Virus record (IMG/VR): IMGVR_UViG_3300045988_022110
Location: 1 to 34,137 of that record
DNA from: a virus
DNA length: 34,137 bases
Direction: 5' to 3' (one strand)
How positions within the stretch are numbered: the stretch's first letter is position 1; the number at the start of each line of letters is the position of its first letter. Shown here piece by piece: positions 13,762-22,441 of the stretch. The translations under genes were made by a program, and so were the position numbers. The notes under the pieces were generated by a model. It did not search any database and was not told where the DNA came from. It saw only the letters and a program-made list of their open reading frames with translations.

Positions 13762-14172
13762 ATGTCGAAACCGAGATACTGGTGGTACGGGAATGTCTGC
13801 CGCACCATCGGCGAATACCCGAAACTGAGCCGACAGGTTCGGGATATGAGCCGGCAGAAGATCACGCCGGGCTATTCCTCGCAGCCAGGCGGGCAATCCT
13901 CCGGCCGCGCCGTCGAGGACATTGCGGTGCGCGTCCTGTCCTCACGGGAGTACGAGGACTACACTGCGATCCAGTCCGCCATCAACACCGTGCAGACCTG
14001 GCGGGACGGCGGCGATGTGCTGGAGGTCGTGCGCCTGCATACATGGATCTGGCCGCGCGAGAGCCTGGAGTCCGCTGCCAGACAGGTACACGTGAGCACA
14101 TCCACGGCCAAGCGGATGTACAGCCGCTTTGTCTACGAGGCAGCGCGGGCAATGGGCTACCGCAAAAGTTGA
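13762..14172 (+). CDS. RinA/ArpU-like late-gene transcriptional activator (sigma region-4-like HTH), 136 aa
   Basis: C-terminal SLESAARQVHVSTSTAKRMYSRFVYEAARAMGY. Position immediately upstream of HNH and terminase. GAAGGAAGGAG RBS. Confidence 0.6.
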   Translation: MSKPRYWWYGNVCRTIGEYPKLSRQVRDMSRQKITPGYSSQPGGQSSGRAVEDIAVRVLSSREYEDYTAIQSAINTVQTWRDGGDVLEVVRLHTWIWPRESLESAARQVHVSTSTAKRMYSRFVYEAARAMGYRKS

Positions 14173-14230
14173 GCTAACAGAGCCTAAAATCTGTGCTACA
14201 GTGATAGTGTGAAGAATTGGAGGGAACAGG

Positions 14231-14563
14231 ATGCAGCCATGGGCCGCACGCTTTTACGCATCCGCGCGCTGGAAGAAATGCCGCGCCGGGTATATCAAGT
14301 TCCGCCGGACCATCGACGGCGGGCTCTGCGAAGAGTGCCGGGACAACCCTGGCTACATCGTCCACCACAAGCGGGCGCTCACGCCGGACAACATCACCGA
14401 CCCGGACATCAGCCTGTCCTACTCCAACCTCGAGTTCGTCTGCAAGGACTGCCACGATCAGTTTGACGGGCACGGCGTCGCAAAATCTCTGACGCAAAAA
14501 ATTTTCTTCGACGCCGCCGGAGACCCGATCCCCCCCGTCGCGCGAGGCCGGGGCGCCGGCTAG
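14231..14563 (+). CDS. HNH endonuclease (packaging-associated), 110 aa
   Basis: CEEC...IVHHKRAL...N...LEFVCKDCH. Sits directly upstream of terS/terL, as in cos-type HNH phages. Confidence 0.88.
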   Translation: MQPWAARFYASARWKKCRAGYIKFRRTIDGGLCEECRDNPGYIVHHKRALTPDNITDPDISLSYSNLEFVCKDCHDQFDGHGVAKSLTQKIFFDAAGDPIPPVARGRGAG

Positions 14564-14694
14564 ATCACCGCACGCCCCACCTCGGAAGAATACGCAGGCC
14601 GTTCGCGAGGCCCCCCTACGAAAGCGCGGCGATAAGTAATCTACGCGCACGCGCGGACAGACGGCAAAAATCACGCGAAAAGGAGGCGGTTTTT
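14564..14694. other. Candidate cos/packaging-recognition region
   Basis: 131-bp non-coding gap between HNH and terS. Contains the GC-rich element ctacgcgcacgcgcgga. Assigned by position only. Confidence 0.3.
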
Positions 14695-15075
14695 GTGGCG
14701 AACAGGCAGGAAAAGACAAAGGAACAGCGTATCCGCGCCGAGAAGACCAGACTCCGGAGGATCTACAAGCTTCTGCCGAAGGAAGCGGCCGGGACTGTCG
14801 CGGGGCTCATCGATCAGGCGGCCTTTATGCGCATCGAGTGCGAGGACATGGCGGACGACCTGCGGGAAAACGGCTGGACGGAGAAATTCCAGCAGTCGGA
14901 GCGACTGGATCCATATGACCGCGCCCGGCCCATCGGGCAGGCGTACAACTCGACGAACGCAAACTACCAGAAAATCATCAAGCAGCTCACGGCGCTCCTG
15001 CCGAAGCCGGACACCGCGCCGAAGCAGGAGGACGACGGCTTTGCAAGCTTTGTCCGGGAGCGTGACGAGGAATGA
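14695..15075 (+). CDS. terS: Terminase small subunit (P27-like), 126 aa
   Basis: GTG start after AGGAGG. The size, helical and charged character, and ATGA overlap with terL fit. Confidence 0.7.
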   Translation: MANRQEKTKEQRIRAEKTRLRRIYKLLPKEAAGTVAGLIDQAAFMRIECEDMADDLRENGWTEKFQQSERLDPYDRARPIGQAYNSTNANYQKIIKQLTALLPKPDTAPKQEDDGFASFVRERDEE

Positions 15076-16829
15076 TACTCACGCGCTACCCGGAGACCTA
15101 CAACCCGATCCTCGAATACTGGGACGCGATCCAGTCGGGCCGAGAGACCGTCAGTCTGAAAGTGCAGAAAACCTACCGGCACGTTGTAGAGCAGCTGGGA
15201 GCGGAAAACTCCGAGTTTTACTACTCGTCGAAACGTGCCAATCACGTACTTGAATTTTTCGAAAACTACTGCCACCACTCCAAGGGCAAAGCGGGCGGCC
15301 AGCTCGTCAAGCTGGAGCTCTGGGAAAAGGCACTGCTCGCGACTGTCTTTGGGTTTATCGACATCGAGGGCAACCGCCAGTACCGCGAAGCGATCCTCAT
15401 TGTCGGCAAGAAAAACGGCAAGTCGCTGCTTGCGTCAGGCGTCGGCCTGTATCTCCAGCTTGCTGACGGCGAGGCGGGCCCGGAGGTCTACGCCGTCGCA
15501 ACCAAACGCGACCAGGCGAAGATCATCTGGCAGGAAGCAAAGCGCATGGTGCAGAAATCGCCGGCGCTGCGCAAGCGGACGCGCTGTCTGGTCGGCGAGG
15601 TGGACAGCGATTATAACGACGGCGTATTCAAGCCGCTGTCCTCTGACAGCGACACGCTCGACGGCCTGAATATCCACGGGGCCATGATGGACGAGATCCA
15701 TCAATGGAAAAACGGCAGACCGCTGTACGACATCATTGCCGACGGCGATCAGGCCCGCGCGCAGCCGCTGCGATTTATCACCTCAACCGCCGGCACCATC
15801 CGAGAAGATATCTACGACGAAAAATACGAAGAGGCCGAGCGCATCATAAACGGCTACGAAGATCCGGACGGGTACCACGACCCGCGCCGGATCGCGTTTA
15901 TTTACGAGCTCGACAAGCGCAGCGAGTGGACCGACCCGGACTGCTGGAAAAAGGCAAATCCGGGCCTCGGGACGATCAAGAGCTACACGGCGCTGAAAGA
16001 GCGGGTCGAGCGGGCGGAGAAAAATCCGGCCCTCGTCCGAAACCTCGTCTGCAAGGATTTCAACATCCGCGAGACCTCGAGCGAAGCCTGGCTCAATTTT
16101 GAGCAGCTGGACAACCGCGATACCTTCCAGCTCGACAAGGAAAACCGCCGCATGATCTGGCAGCACCACATGGCGGACGGACAGACGCAGGAGCGCGTCC
16201 TGTCCTACCCACGCTACGGCATCGGCGGCGCGGATCTGTCCAAGACCACCGACCTGACGGCGGCGAAGGTCCTGTTCCAGGTGCCGGAGCTGCCGGAGAT
16301 CCTGTTTGTGCTGCAGATGTACTGGCTGCCGCAGGAGCTTTTGGAAAAACGCGTGACAGAGGACAAAATACCCTACGACAAGTGGCATGAGCGCGGGCTG
16401 CTCCGGCTGTCCGAGGGAAATAAGATCCGCTATGAGGATGTAAAAACATGGTTTATCGAGGTACAGGAAGACCTCGATATTTTTATCCCCTTTATCGGGT
16501 ATGATGCGTGGTCTGCGTCTTACTGGGTCGACAGCATGGCGGACTATTTCGGGGCCGAGGCCATGATCGCCGTGCATCAGGGTGTCAAGACCCTGTCCGA
16601 GCCTATGAAGCGCTGCGGGAACGACTTGGAATCCAAGCGCATTATTTACAACAACCACCCGATCGACAAGTGGAACCTCGCAAACACCGCCTACGACGAG
16701 GACAAAAACGGCAATATCCAGCCGCACAAGACGAGCAAGTCCACGCGCCGCATTGACGGCACGGCGGCGTTGCTCGACGCCTACACGATCTACGATCAGA
16801 AGCAGGCGGAATACACAAGTATGCTCTAG
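15072..16829 (+). CDS. terL: Terminase large subunit, 585 aa
   Basis: Walker A VGKKNGKS. Acidic motif GAMMDEIH. C-terminal nuclease-like region. Typical size and position. Confidence 0.93.
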   Translation: MILTRYPETYNPILEYWDAIQSGRETVSLKVQKTYRHVVEQLGAENSEFYYSSKRANHVLEFFENYCHHSKGKAGGQLVKLELWEKALLATVFGFIDIEGNRQYREAILIVGKKNGKSLLASGVGLYLQLADGEAGPEVYAVATKRDQAKIIWQEAKRMVQKSPALRKRTRCLVGEVDSDYNDGVFKPLSSDSDTLDGLNIHGAMMDEIHQWKNGRPLYDIIADGDQARAQPLRFITSTAGTIREDIYDEKYEEAERIINGYEDPDGYHDPRRIAFIYELDKRSEWTDPDCWKKANPGLGTIKSYTALKERVERAEKNPALVRNLVCKDFNIRETSSEAWLNFEQLDNRDTFQLDKENRRMIWQHHMADGQTQERVLSYPRYGIGGADLSKTTDLTAAKVLFQVPELPEILFVLQMYWLPQELLEKRVTEDKIPYDKWHERGLLRLSEGNKIRYEDVKTWFIEVQEDLDIFIPFIGYDAWSASYWVDSMADYFGAEAMIAVHQGVKTLSEPMKRCGNDLESKRIIYNNHPIDKWNLANTAYDEDKNGNIQPHKTSKSTRRIDGTAALLDAYTIYDQKQAEYTSML

Positions 16830-16839
16830 GAGTGACAAC

Positions 16840-18033
16840 ATGGGATTTTTGAAAAACCTCCTGATGAATATCACGACCACCAAACGCGTCTCGACCGTCC
16901 AGATGGTGCAGGAGCGCGGGAATGGCTTTTACAGCTACAACGGCAAAATGTATCAGTCCGACATCGTCCGCGCCTGCATCCGGCCAAAGATCAAGGCAAT
17001 CGGCAAGCTGACGGCCAAGCACATCCGGGAGACCATCACCGCCCAGACGCGGAAGATCGCCGTCAATCCGGAACCTTACATCCGCTTTTTGCTCGAAGAG
17101 CCGAACCAGTACATGACAGGCCAGATGCTGCAGGAGAAGCTGGCCGCGCAGCTGGTGCTCAACAACAACGCCTTCGCGGTGATCCTGCGGGACGAAAACG
17201 GCCTGCCGAACGCCATTTTTCCAGTCGCGGCCATGCAGGCAGACGCTGTCTATGACGCGGGCGGGAACTTGTACCTGAAATTTTACATGCAGAACGGCAA
17301 TGTGCTGACGTTTGCATACGACAATGTGATCCACCTGCGTGGGGATTTTTACGAAAACGACATCTTCGGCGACCCCATTGCTCCGGCCATTGTGCCGCTG
17401 ATGGAGATCGTCACCACGACGGATCAGGGCATCGTCAAAGCCATCCGGAATAGCGCAGTCATCCGCTGGCTTTTGATGTTCGCATCCTCCATGCGCGCGG
17501 AGGATATCAAGAAGCGCGCGCAGGACTTTGCCGACAGCTTCCTCAATGTTTCCAACGGCACGGGCGTCGCGGCCGTCGACGCAAAGGCCGAGGCCAAGCA
17601 GATCGACCCCAAGGACTACGTCCCGAACGCCGCCCAGATGGATAAGACCACGCAGCGCATCTACGCCCTGTTTAACACCAACCCGCATATCGTCACGTCG
17701 ATCGCGACGGAGGACGAACAGAGCGCGTATTTTGACGCCGAGATTGAGCCGGTATTAAAACAGCTCAGCGGTGAGTACACCCGCAAGCTATTCTCCCGGC
17801 GCGAGCGCGGATGCGGGAATCGCATCGTATTTGAGGCGTCCGCGTGGGATTTCGCGTCGACCGCGACAAAACTCAATCTCTTGCAGCTGGTCGACCGCGG
17901 CGCGCTGACGCCGAACGAATGGCGTCGCGCCTTTAACCTCGCGCCGGTCGACGGCGGCGACAAGCCAATTCGGCGGCTCGATACGCAGCCGGTCAATCAG
18001 AATACCACACAGAAGGGAGATGAAACCGCATGA
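16840..18033 (+). CDS. Portal protein (HK97 family-like), 397 aa
   Basis: ATG at 16840 after TAGGAGTG. Size and position between terL and the protease fit. The track start at 16753 overlaps terL. Confidence 0.85.
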   Translation: MGFLKNLLMNITTTKRVSTVQMVQERGNGFYSYNGKMYQSDIVRACIRPKIKAIGKLTAKHIRETITAQTRKIAVNPEPYIRFLLEEPNQYMTGQMLQEKLAAQLVLNNNAFAVILRDENGLPNAIFPVAAMQADAVYDAGGNLYLKFYMQNGNVLTFAYDNVIHLRGDFYENDIFGDPIAPAIVPLMEIVTTTDQGIVKAIRNSAVIRWLLMFASSMRAEDIKKRAQDFADSFLNVSNGTGVAAVDAKAEAKQIDPKDYVPNAAQMDKTTQRIYALFNTNPHIVTSIATEDEQSAYFDAEIEPVLKQLSGEYTRKLFSRRERGCGNRIVFEASAWDFASTATKLNLLQLVDRGALTPNEWRRAFNLAPVDGGDKPIRRLDTQPVNQNTTQKGDETA

Positions 18034-18725
18034 AGATCAGCATTCGCGGGCCAATCGTATCCAGCAACAGCCACCGTTTTTACCAGTTTTACGGTATGGA
18101 AGCGGCAAGCCCAAAATCTGTAGCCGACGCGCTTGCCAAGGGAAACGGCGAGCGGGCAGAAGTCGAGATCAATTCCGGCGGCGGCGAGATATTCGCCGCG
18201 AGCGAGATTTACACCGCCCTGCGCAATTACGCCGGCGGCGTCCACATCCGCATCGTCGGCCTCGCGGCCTCGGCCGCGTCCATCATCGCAATGGCAGGCG
18301 AATCAGAAATGACGCCGACCGGCATGATGATGATCCACAACGTCCAGTCCAGCGCCGACGGCGACTACCGCCAGATGGAGCAAACCGCCGGAGTCCTGCG
18401 CGACGCCAATCACGCCATTATCTCGGCCTACGTCGCCAAGACCGGCAGGCCGGAAGCGGAGATCGCCGCCATGATGGACGCCGAGACGTGGGTCACGGCG
18501 GAGCGGGCCGTAGAACTCGGCCTCATCGACCGCGTCATGAAGCTGGGCTCTGGCCAGAAGCCACTTGCCGCGGACTTTTATTCAGGCATGCTCAGCGAAG
18601 ACGCGCTCCGGCGCGCAGAGAACATGATAAAAGATCAGGCCGGAACGCCTGATTTTTTTACGCCCGAACGGGCGGCAGCAGAAGCAAAAATGAAATTTTT
18701 AACACTCAAAGGAGAATTGAAATGA
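18030..18725 (+). CDS. ClpP-family (S14) prohead maturation protease, 231 aa
   Basis: INSGGGEIFAASEIY...GLAASAASIIAMAG...MMMIHN matches ClpP catalytic-core motifs. Confidence 0.9.
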   Translation: MKISIRGPIVSSNSHRFYQFYGMEAASPKSVADALAKGNGERAEVEINSGGGEIFAASEIYTALRNYAGGVHIRIVGLAASAASIIAMAGESEMTPTGMMMIHNVQSSADGDYRQMEQTAGVLRDANHAIISAYVAKTGRPEAEIAAMMDAETWVTAERAVELGLIDRVMKLGSGQKPLAADFYSGMLSEDALRRAENMIKDQAGTPDFFTPERAAAEAKMKFLTLKGELK

Positions 18726-19933
18726 CGAAGGAAATTTACAACATCCAGCGCCAGAAGCTCATGGACGAGGCCCAGAAGCTGCTGGACGAAAGCAAGACCA
18801 CAGAGGCACAGGCCAAGATGAAAGAAGTCGAGGCCCTCGACGCCAAGTTTGAGGAGGAAGCCAAGATCCAGGCGAACCTCAACGCCCTCGCGGGCCAGAA
18901 GGTCGCGGCCCCGGCTGCGGCAGCGCAGTCCGTCGACCTGTCCGGCACGGCGAAAACTCCGGACGTGCTCGACCGGTACGACACCGACGAGTACAAGCGG
19001 GCCTTTATGAACTACGTTTTGACCGGTAAGAAAATCCCGGCGGAGCTGACCAACGTGGACGCCAACACCAAGACCTCCGACGTCGGCGCGGCGATCCCGA
19101 CCACGACGCTGCAGAAGATCTACGAAAAGATCGAAGCGACCGGCATGATCCTGCCGCGCGTGACGCACACGTCCTACAAGGGCGGCGTGACCGTCCCGAC
19201 GAGCTCTGCAAAGCCGGCGGCCTCGTGGGTAGCGGAAGGCACAGGCTCCGACAAGCAGAAGAAGGCACTCGGCTCCATCACCTTTGCCTACCACAAGCTG
19301 CGCTGCGCGATCTCCATGTCGCTCGAAGTGTCCATCGTGACCTACCCGATGTTTGAATCGCAGTTTGTCGCGAACGTCGCCGAGGCCATGGTAAAAGCCG
19401 AGGAACAGTCCATCATCAGCGGCTCCGGATCCGGCCAGCCGAAGGGCATCACCAAGGAAACCGCACCGACTGGCCAGAACATCGACATCGCCGCCGCAAC
19501 GACCGCGCTGGCATACGCCGATCTGGTCAAGGCCGAAGCACTCCTGCCGCAGGCCTATGACGCAGACGCCGTCTGGTGCATGACGAAGAAGACGTTCTTT
19601 GAGCAGATCGTCGGCATGGTGGACGACAAAAAGCAGCCCGTTGCACGCGTCAATTACGGCATGAGCGGCAAGCCCGTCTATTCGCTCTTTGGACGCGAGG
19701 TCGTCCTCGTGGGCGACTATCTGCCGTCCTTCACCGCGAGCGTGACCGCAGACACGATCTTTGCGTTTATTTTCAGTTTCAAGGATTACCTCTGGAATGA
19801 GAATCTCGGCATGACGTTCCGCCAGTACACCGACAACGCGACCGACGACGAGGTGACCGTCGCGCTGGCGCTGGTCGACGGCAAGTGCGTCGACACGAAC
19901 AGCCTCGTCACGCTGACCAAGAAGAAGGCCTGA
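18722..19933 (+). CDS. Major capsid protein, HK97 fold, with N-terminal delta/scaffold-like coiled coil, 403 aa
   Basis: Follows the protease. The N-terminal ~100 aa is helical and charged. Size is typical of HK97-family capsid proteins. Confidence 0.88.
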   Translation: MTKEIYNIQRQKLMDEAQKLLDESKTTEAQAKMKEVEALDAKFEEEAKIQANLNALAGQKVAAPAAAAQSVDLSGTAKTPDVLDRYDTDEYKRAFMNYVLTGKKIPAELTNVDANTKTSDVGAAIPTTTLQKIYEKIEATGMILPRVTHTSYKGGVTVPTSSAKPAASWVAEGTGSDKQKKALGSITFAYHKLRCAISMSLEVSIVTYPMFESQFVANVAEAMVKAEEQSIISGSGSGQPKGITKETAPTGQNIDIAAATTALAYADLVKAEALLPQAYDADAVWCMTKKTFFEQIVGMVDDKKQPVARVNYGMSGKPVYSLFGREVVLVGDYLPSFTASVTADTIFAFIFSFKDYLWNENLGMTFRQYTDNATDDEVTVALALVDGKCVDTNSLVTLTKKKA

Positions 19934-19963
19934 CGGCGCGCGGCCAACAGGGAGGGATAACCA

Positions 19964-20269
19964 ATGGCTTTGATCAACGTTGCAAAAACCGCCCTGCGGC
20001 TGACCACAACTGCGCTTGACGATGAGCTCGCCGACGAGGTAGACGCCTGCCTTCTGCGCCTGCATCTGGCAGGCGCGGATGGCGCGGAGGAAGACCCGCT
20101 TGTAAAGGACGCCGTCCGCGCATACGTCCGCTGGCAGCATGATTTCTGCGGCCGGGGCGAGGAATGGAAGACCTGCTTTGCAGATATCCGCGACGCTATG
20201 GGGCTGTCCGACGATTACCGGGCAGTCCAAGCCAGCGGCGGAGCAGGAGGTGCTTGCTGTGATCTTTGA
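19964..20269 (+). CDS. Head-tail connector (gp6-like) protein, 101 aa
   Basis: Position directly after the capsid gene. LRLTTTALDDELADEVDACLLRL pattern typical of gp6-like connectors. Confidence 0.6.
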   Translation: MALINVAKTALRLTTTALDDELADEVDACLLRLHLAGADGAEEDPLVKDAVRAYVRWQHDFCGRGEEWKTCFADIRDAMGLSDDYRAVQASGGAGGACCDL

Positions 20270-20561
20270 CACGCAGATCACACTGCGCCTGCTCTCCTAC
20301 CCCATCGTGAGAGGGAAGACCACCGAAAAGCTCGAACGCGAGACAACCGTCTGGGCCGCCCGCAAGTCCGTCAACCGCGCCGAGTATTATCAGGCCGCGC
20401 AAGCCGGCAAGCGCACGGACGCAATTTTCCGAATGCACAGCGCGGAATACGGCGGCGAGCAGCAGCTCGTCTGCGGCTCTGACGTCTTTGACGTCGTCCG
20501 CAGCTACGGGCAGGAAACAGAGGAAATCGAGCTGACCTGCAAACGGAGGGACGGCGCATGA
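20259..20561 (+). CDS. Head-closure / head-tail adaptor protein, about 100 aa
   Basis: GTG at 20259 lies 9 nt after AGGAGG. Position and size fit. The N-terminal part of the track ORF overlaps the previous gene. Confidence 0.55.
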   Translation: MIFDTQITLRLLSYPIVRGKTTEKLERETTVWAARKSVNRAEYYQAAQAGKRTDAIFRMHSAEYGGEQQLVCGSDVFDVVRSYGQETEEIELTCKRRDGA

Positions 20562-20881
20562 TGATCTATGAGGCGATGGCAGACCTGGGCGTCCCGGTCT
20601 GCCACCCGCCCTATAAGGGCGCGAAAGAAACCTACATCACCTATCAGCTGCTCGGCCAGTCCGGGCAGATCTACGCCGAGGGCGGAGAGGCCGAGACCGG
20701 CGTGCAGTACGCCGTTTCCATCTTTGCCGAGGGCTTTGCCGCCGACCTGCTCCAGCGCACGAAAGCCGCGCTGGAGGCCGCAGGCTACATTGCTACCGTC
20801 GACATGGAGACCTACGACAAGGAAACGGGCCGCACGCAGATCGCGCTCATCGCCGAAACGGAGGGCGCGGAATATGGCTAA
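20558..20881 (+). CDS. Putative head-tail joining / tail-completion protein, 107 aa
   Basis: ATGA overlap at 20558. Assigned by position and size only. Confidence 0.45.
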   Translation: MMIYEAMADLGVPVCHPPYKGAKETYITYQLLGQSGQIYAEGGEAETGVQYAVSIFAEGFAADLLQRTKAALEAAGYIATVDMETYDKETGRTQIALIAETEGAEYG

Positions 20882-21305
20882 GATCTCGTTTTCAGGCACG
20901 GATGAGCTCATGGCGACGCTCCAAAAGGCCAACGCATTTGAAGACGAAACGCAGCAGGAGCTTTTATACGCCGCCGGGGATATCATCGTCGAGGAACTGC
21001 AAAATGCCGTCCGGGCGAGCGGGTTCCGCACGGAAGCCTACGCCTCCAGCGTGAAATACCGCAAAACCATCAAGCAGGACAAAAACGGAGATCCGTATAT
21101 CACCATCACGGCAGTCGGCAAAAACGAGCACGGAACGCGCAGGGCGACCGTGCTTTTTGTTTTGAATTACGGCCGCGCGAAGGAGTACGGGCAGATCACA
21201 GGAACTTATTTTTGGACAAAGGGCGTCAGGAACGCGCAGAAGCGCGTAAACGCGGAGCTCGAAAAGATCCTTACACAAAAGCTTAAAGAAAGGGGCCTAT
21301 TGTAA
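20874..21305 (+). CDS. HK97 gp10-like tail-attachment protein, 143 aa
   Basis: ATG at 20874 after GGAGGG. Position just before the major tail gene. Confidence 0.5.
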   Translation: MAKISFSGTDELMATLQKANAFEDETQQELLYAAGDIIVEELQNAVRASGFRTEAYASSVKYRKTIKQDKNGDPYITITAVGKNEHGTRRATVLFVLNYGRAKEYGQITGTYFWTKGVRNAQKRVNAELEKILTQKLKERGLL

Positions 21306-21866
21306 ATGCCTAGTTTTGACTTACGCGGCATCCGGGCGGGAAAGTATAAAAACACGTCCGGCACCGTGACCTACACAGAGCCGACCGACGTCGGCGACGC
21401 CATGAGCGCGCAGCTGGAACTCAAGTTCGCCGAGGGCCGTCTGTACGCGGAATCCAAGCTTGCCGAGTATATCAAGCTCGCCACCGGCGGCACAATCTCA
21501 CTGGCTGTCAAGTACATCAAAAAGGCCGCACAGGCCATGCTTTACGGCTGCACATCCGATACGAGCAAGGAAAATCTGAAATTCTCGGCAAAAGACATCG
21601 CAAACTATGTCGGCGTCGGCTTTTACGCGCCGGATAAGATCGACGGCGTGACCAAATACACCTGCGTCTGGGTGCCGAAAGCGCTGTTCGGCCCGCCCTC
21701 GCTGTCCTACCAGACCAAGGGCGAGAACATCCAGTTCAACACGCCGACCACGACCGGCGAATTTCTCGCAGACGATTCGACCGACGAGCTGCTGCTCGAG
21801 ACCGAGACCGTCGACACCGCGACGGAGGCCGTCGCATGGATCAAGGGAAAGCTGGGTGAAACCTGA
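21306..21866 (+). CDS. Major tail protein, 186 aa
   Basis: Size and position directly upstream of the G/GT chaperone pair and the tape measure. Confidence 0.75.
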   Translation: MPSFDLRGIRAGKYKNTSGTVTYTEPTDVGDAMSAQLELKFAEGRLYAESKLAEYIKLATGGTISLAVKYIKKAAQAMLYGCTSDTSKENLKFSAKDIANYVGVGFYAPDKIDGVTKYTCVWVPKALFGPPSLSYQTKGENIQFNTPTTTGEFLADDSTDELLLETETVDTATEAVAWIKGKLGET

Positions 21867-22237
21867 TGGAAACGACAAAGTTTGACTTTGTAGATTACGA
21901 ATTTGAGGGCACGACCTACAGGCTCGTCTGCAACATGAACGCCATCGCATACGTGCAGGACGAATACGATGGGAACCTCGTGCAGGCGCTGGATCGGATC
22001 CATGGGATCAAAAGTACACTGGCGTTTCTCGCCGGTATGCTGACGGACGCAGCGGATTCGCAGGGGATCACCGATGAGAACGGACTGCCGCTGGTATTTA
22101 CGCGGAAGCAGCTGGGCCGAAAGCTCACGCTCACGCAGACTGTAGAGGCCGGAAAGCTGATATATCCGCTGGTTCGGGCCGAAGTATTGAAGAACGCGGG
22201 GGCCGAAACGAAACCGCAGGAAGACGAAAAAAACTGA
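21866..22237 (+). CDS. Tail assembly chaperone (G-like), 123 aa
   Basis: Lies between the major tail and tape measure genes. Ends just after an A7 slippery run. Confidence 0.75.
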   Translation: METTKFDFVDYEFEGTTYRLVCNMNAIAYVQDEYDGNLVQALDRIHGIKSTLAFLAGMLTDAADSQGITDENGLPLVFTRKQLGRKLTLTQTVEAGKLIYPLVRAEVLKNAGAETKPQEDEKN

Positions 22238-22440
22238 CACCGCCGGGGAAACCGAAGCAGCTGGGCTTTGATTTCCCCGGCTTCCTCGCAATCTGGCTCT
22301 TCCGGCTGCATCTGCCGGAGCGGGATTTCTGGAAAACCATGTCCCCGCGCCGCATAACACTCCTGCTGGACGCGCTTGCACCGCAAAAGCAGCCGGAGCA
22401 GCCGCAGAGCCTGTCGGCCTATCTGAACGGAGGCACATAA
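21866..22440 (+). CDS. Tail assembly chaperone GT-like fusion made by a -1 frameshift at 22228-22234
   Basis: The -1 extension reads LTPPGKPKQLGFDFPGFLAIWLFRLHLPERDFWKTMSPRRITLLLDAL.... It fills the otherwise gene-free 22238-22440 gap and ends 1 nt before the tape measure start. Confidence 0.7.
22228..22234 (+). other. Programmed -1 ribosomal frameshift heptamer A-AAA-AAC
   Basis: In zero frame the codons are gaA AAA AAC tga. The -1 frame stays open for 68 further codons, up to the TAA at 22438-22440. Confidence 0.75.
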
Positions 22441-22441
22441 C

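Noticed and set aside
15783-20281. Long minus-strand ORFs (15783-16883, 16642-17688, 18635-20281) opposite terL, portal, protease and capsid
   Set aside because: These are antisense artefacts of high-GC coding DNA. They are Arg/Gly/Val-rich and low in complexity. The + strand genes have diagnostic motifs and coupled start/stop overlaps.
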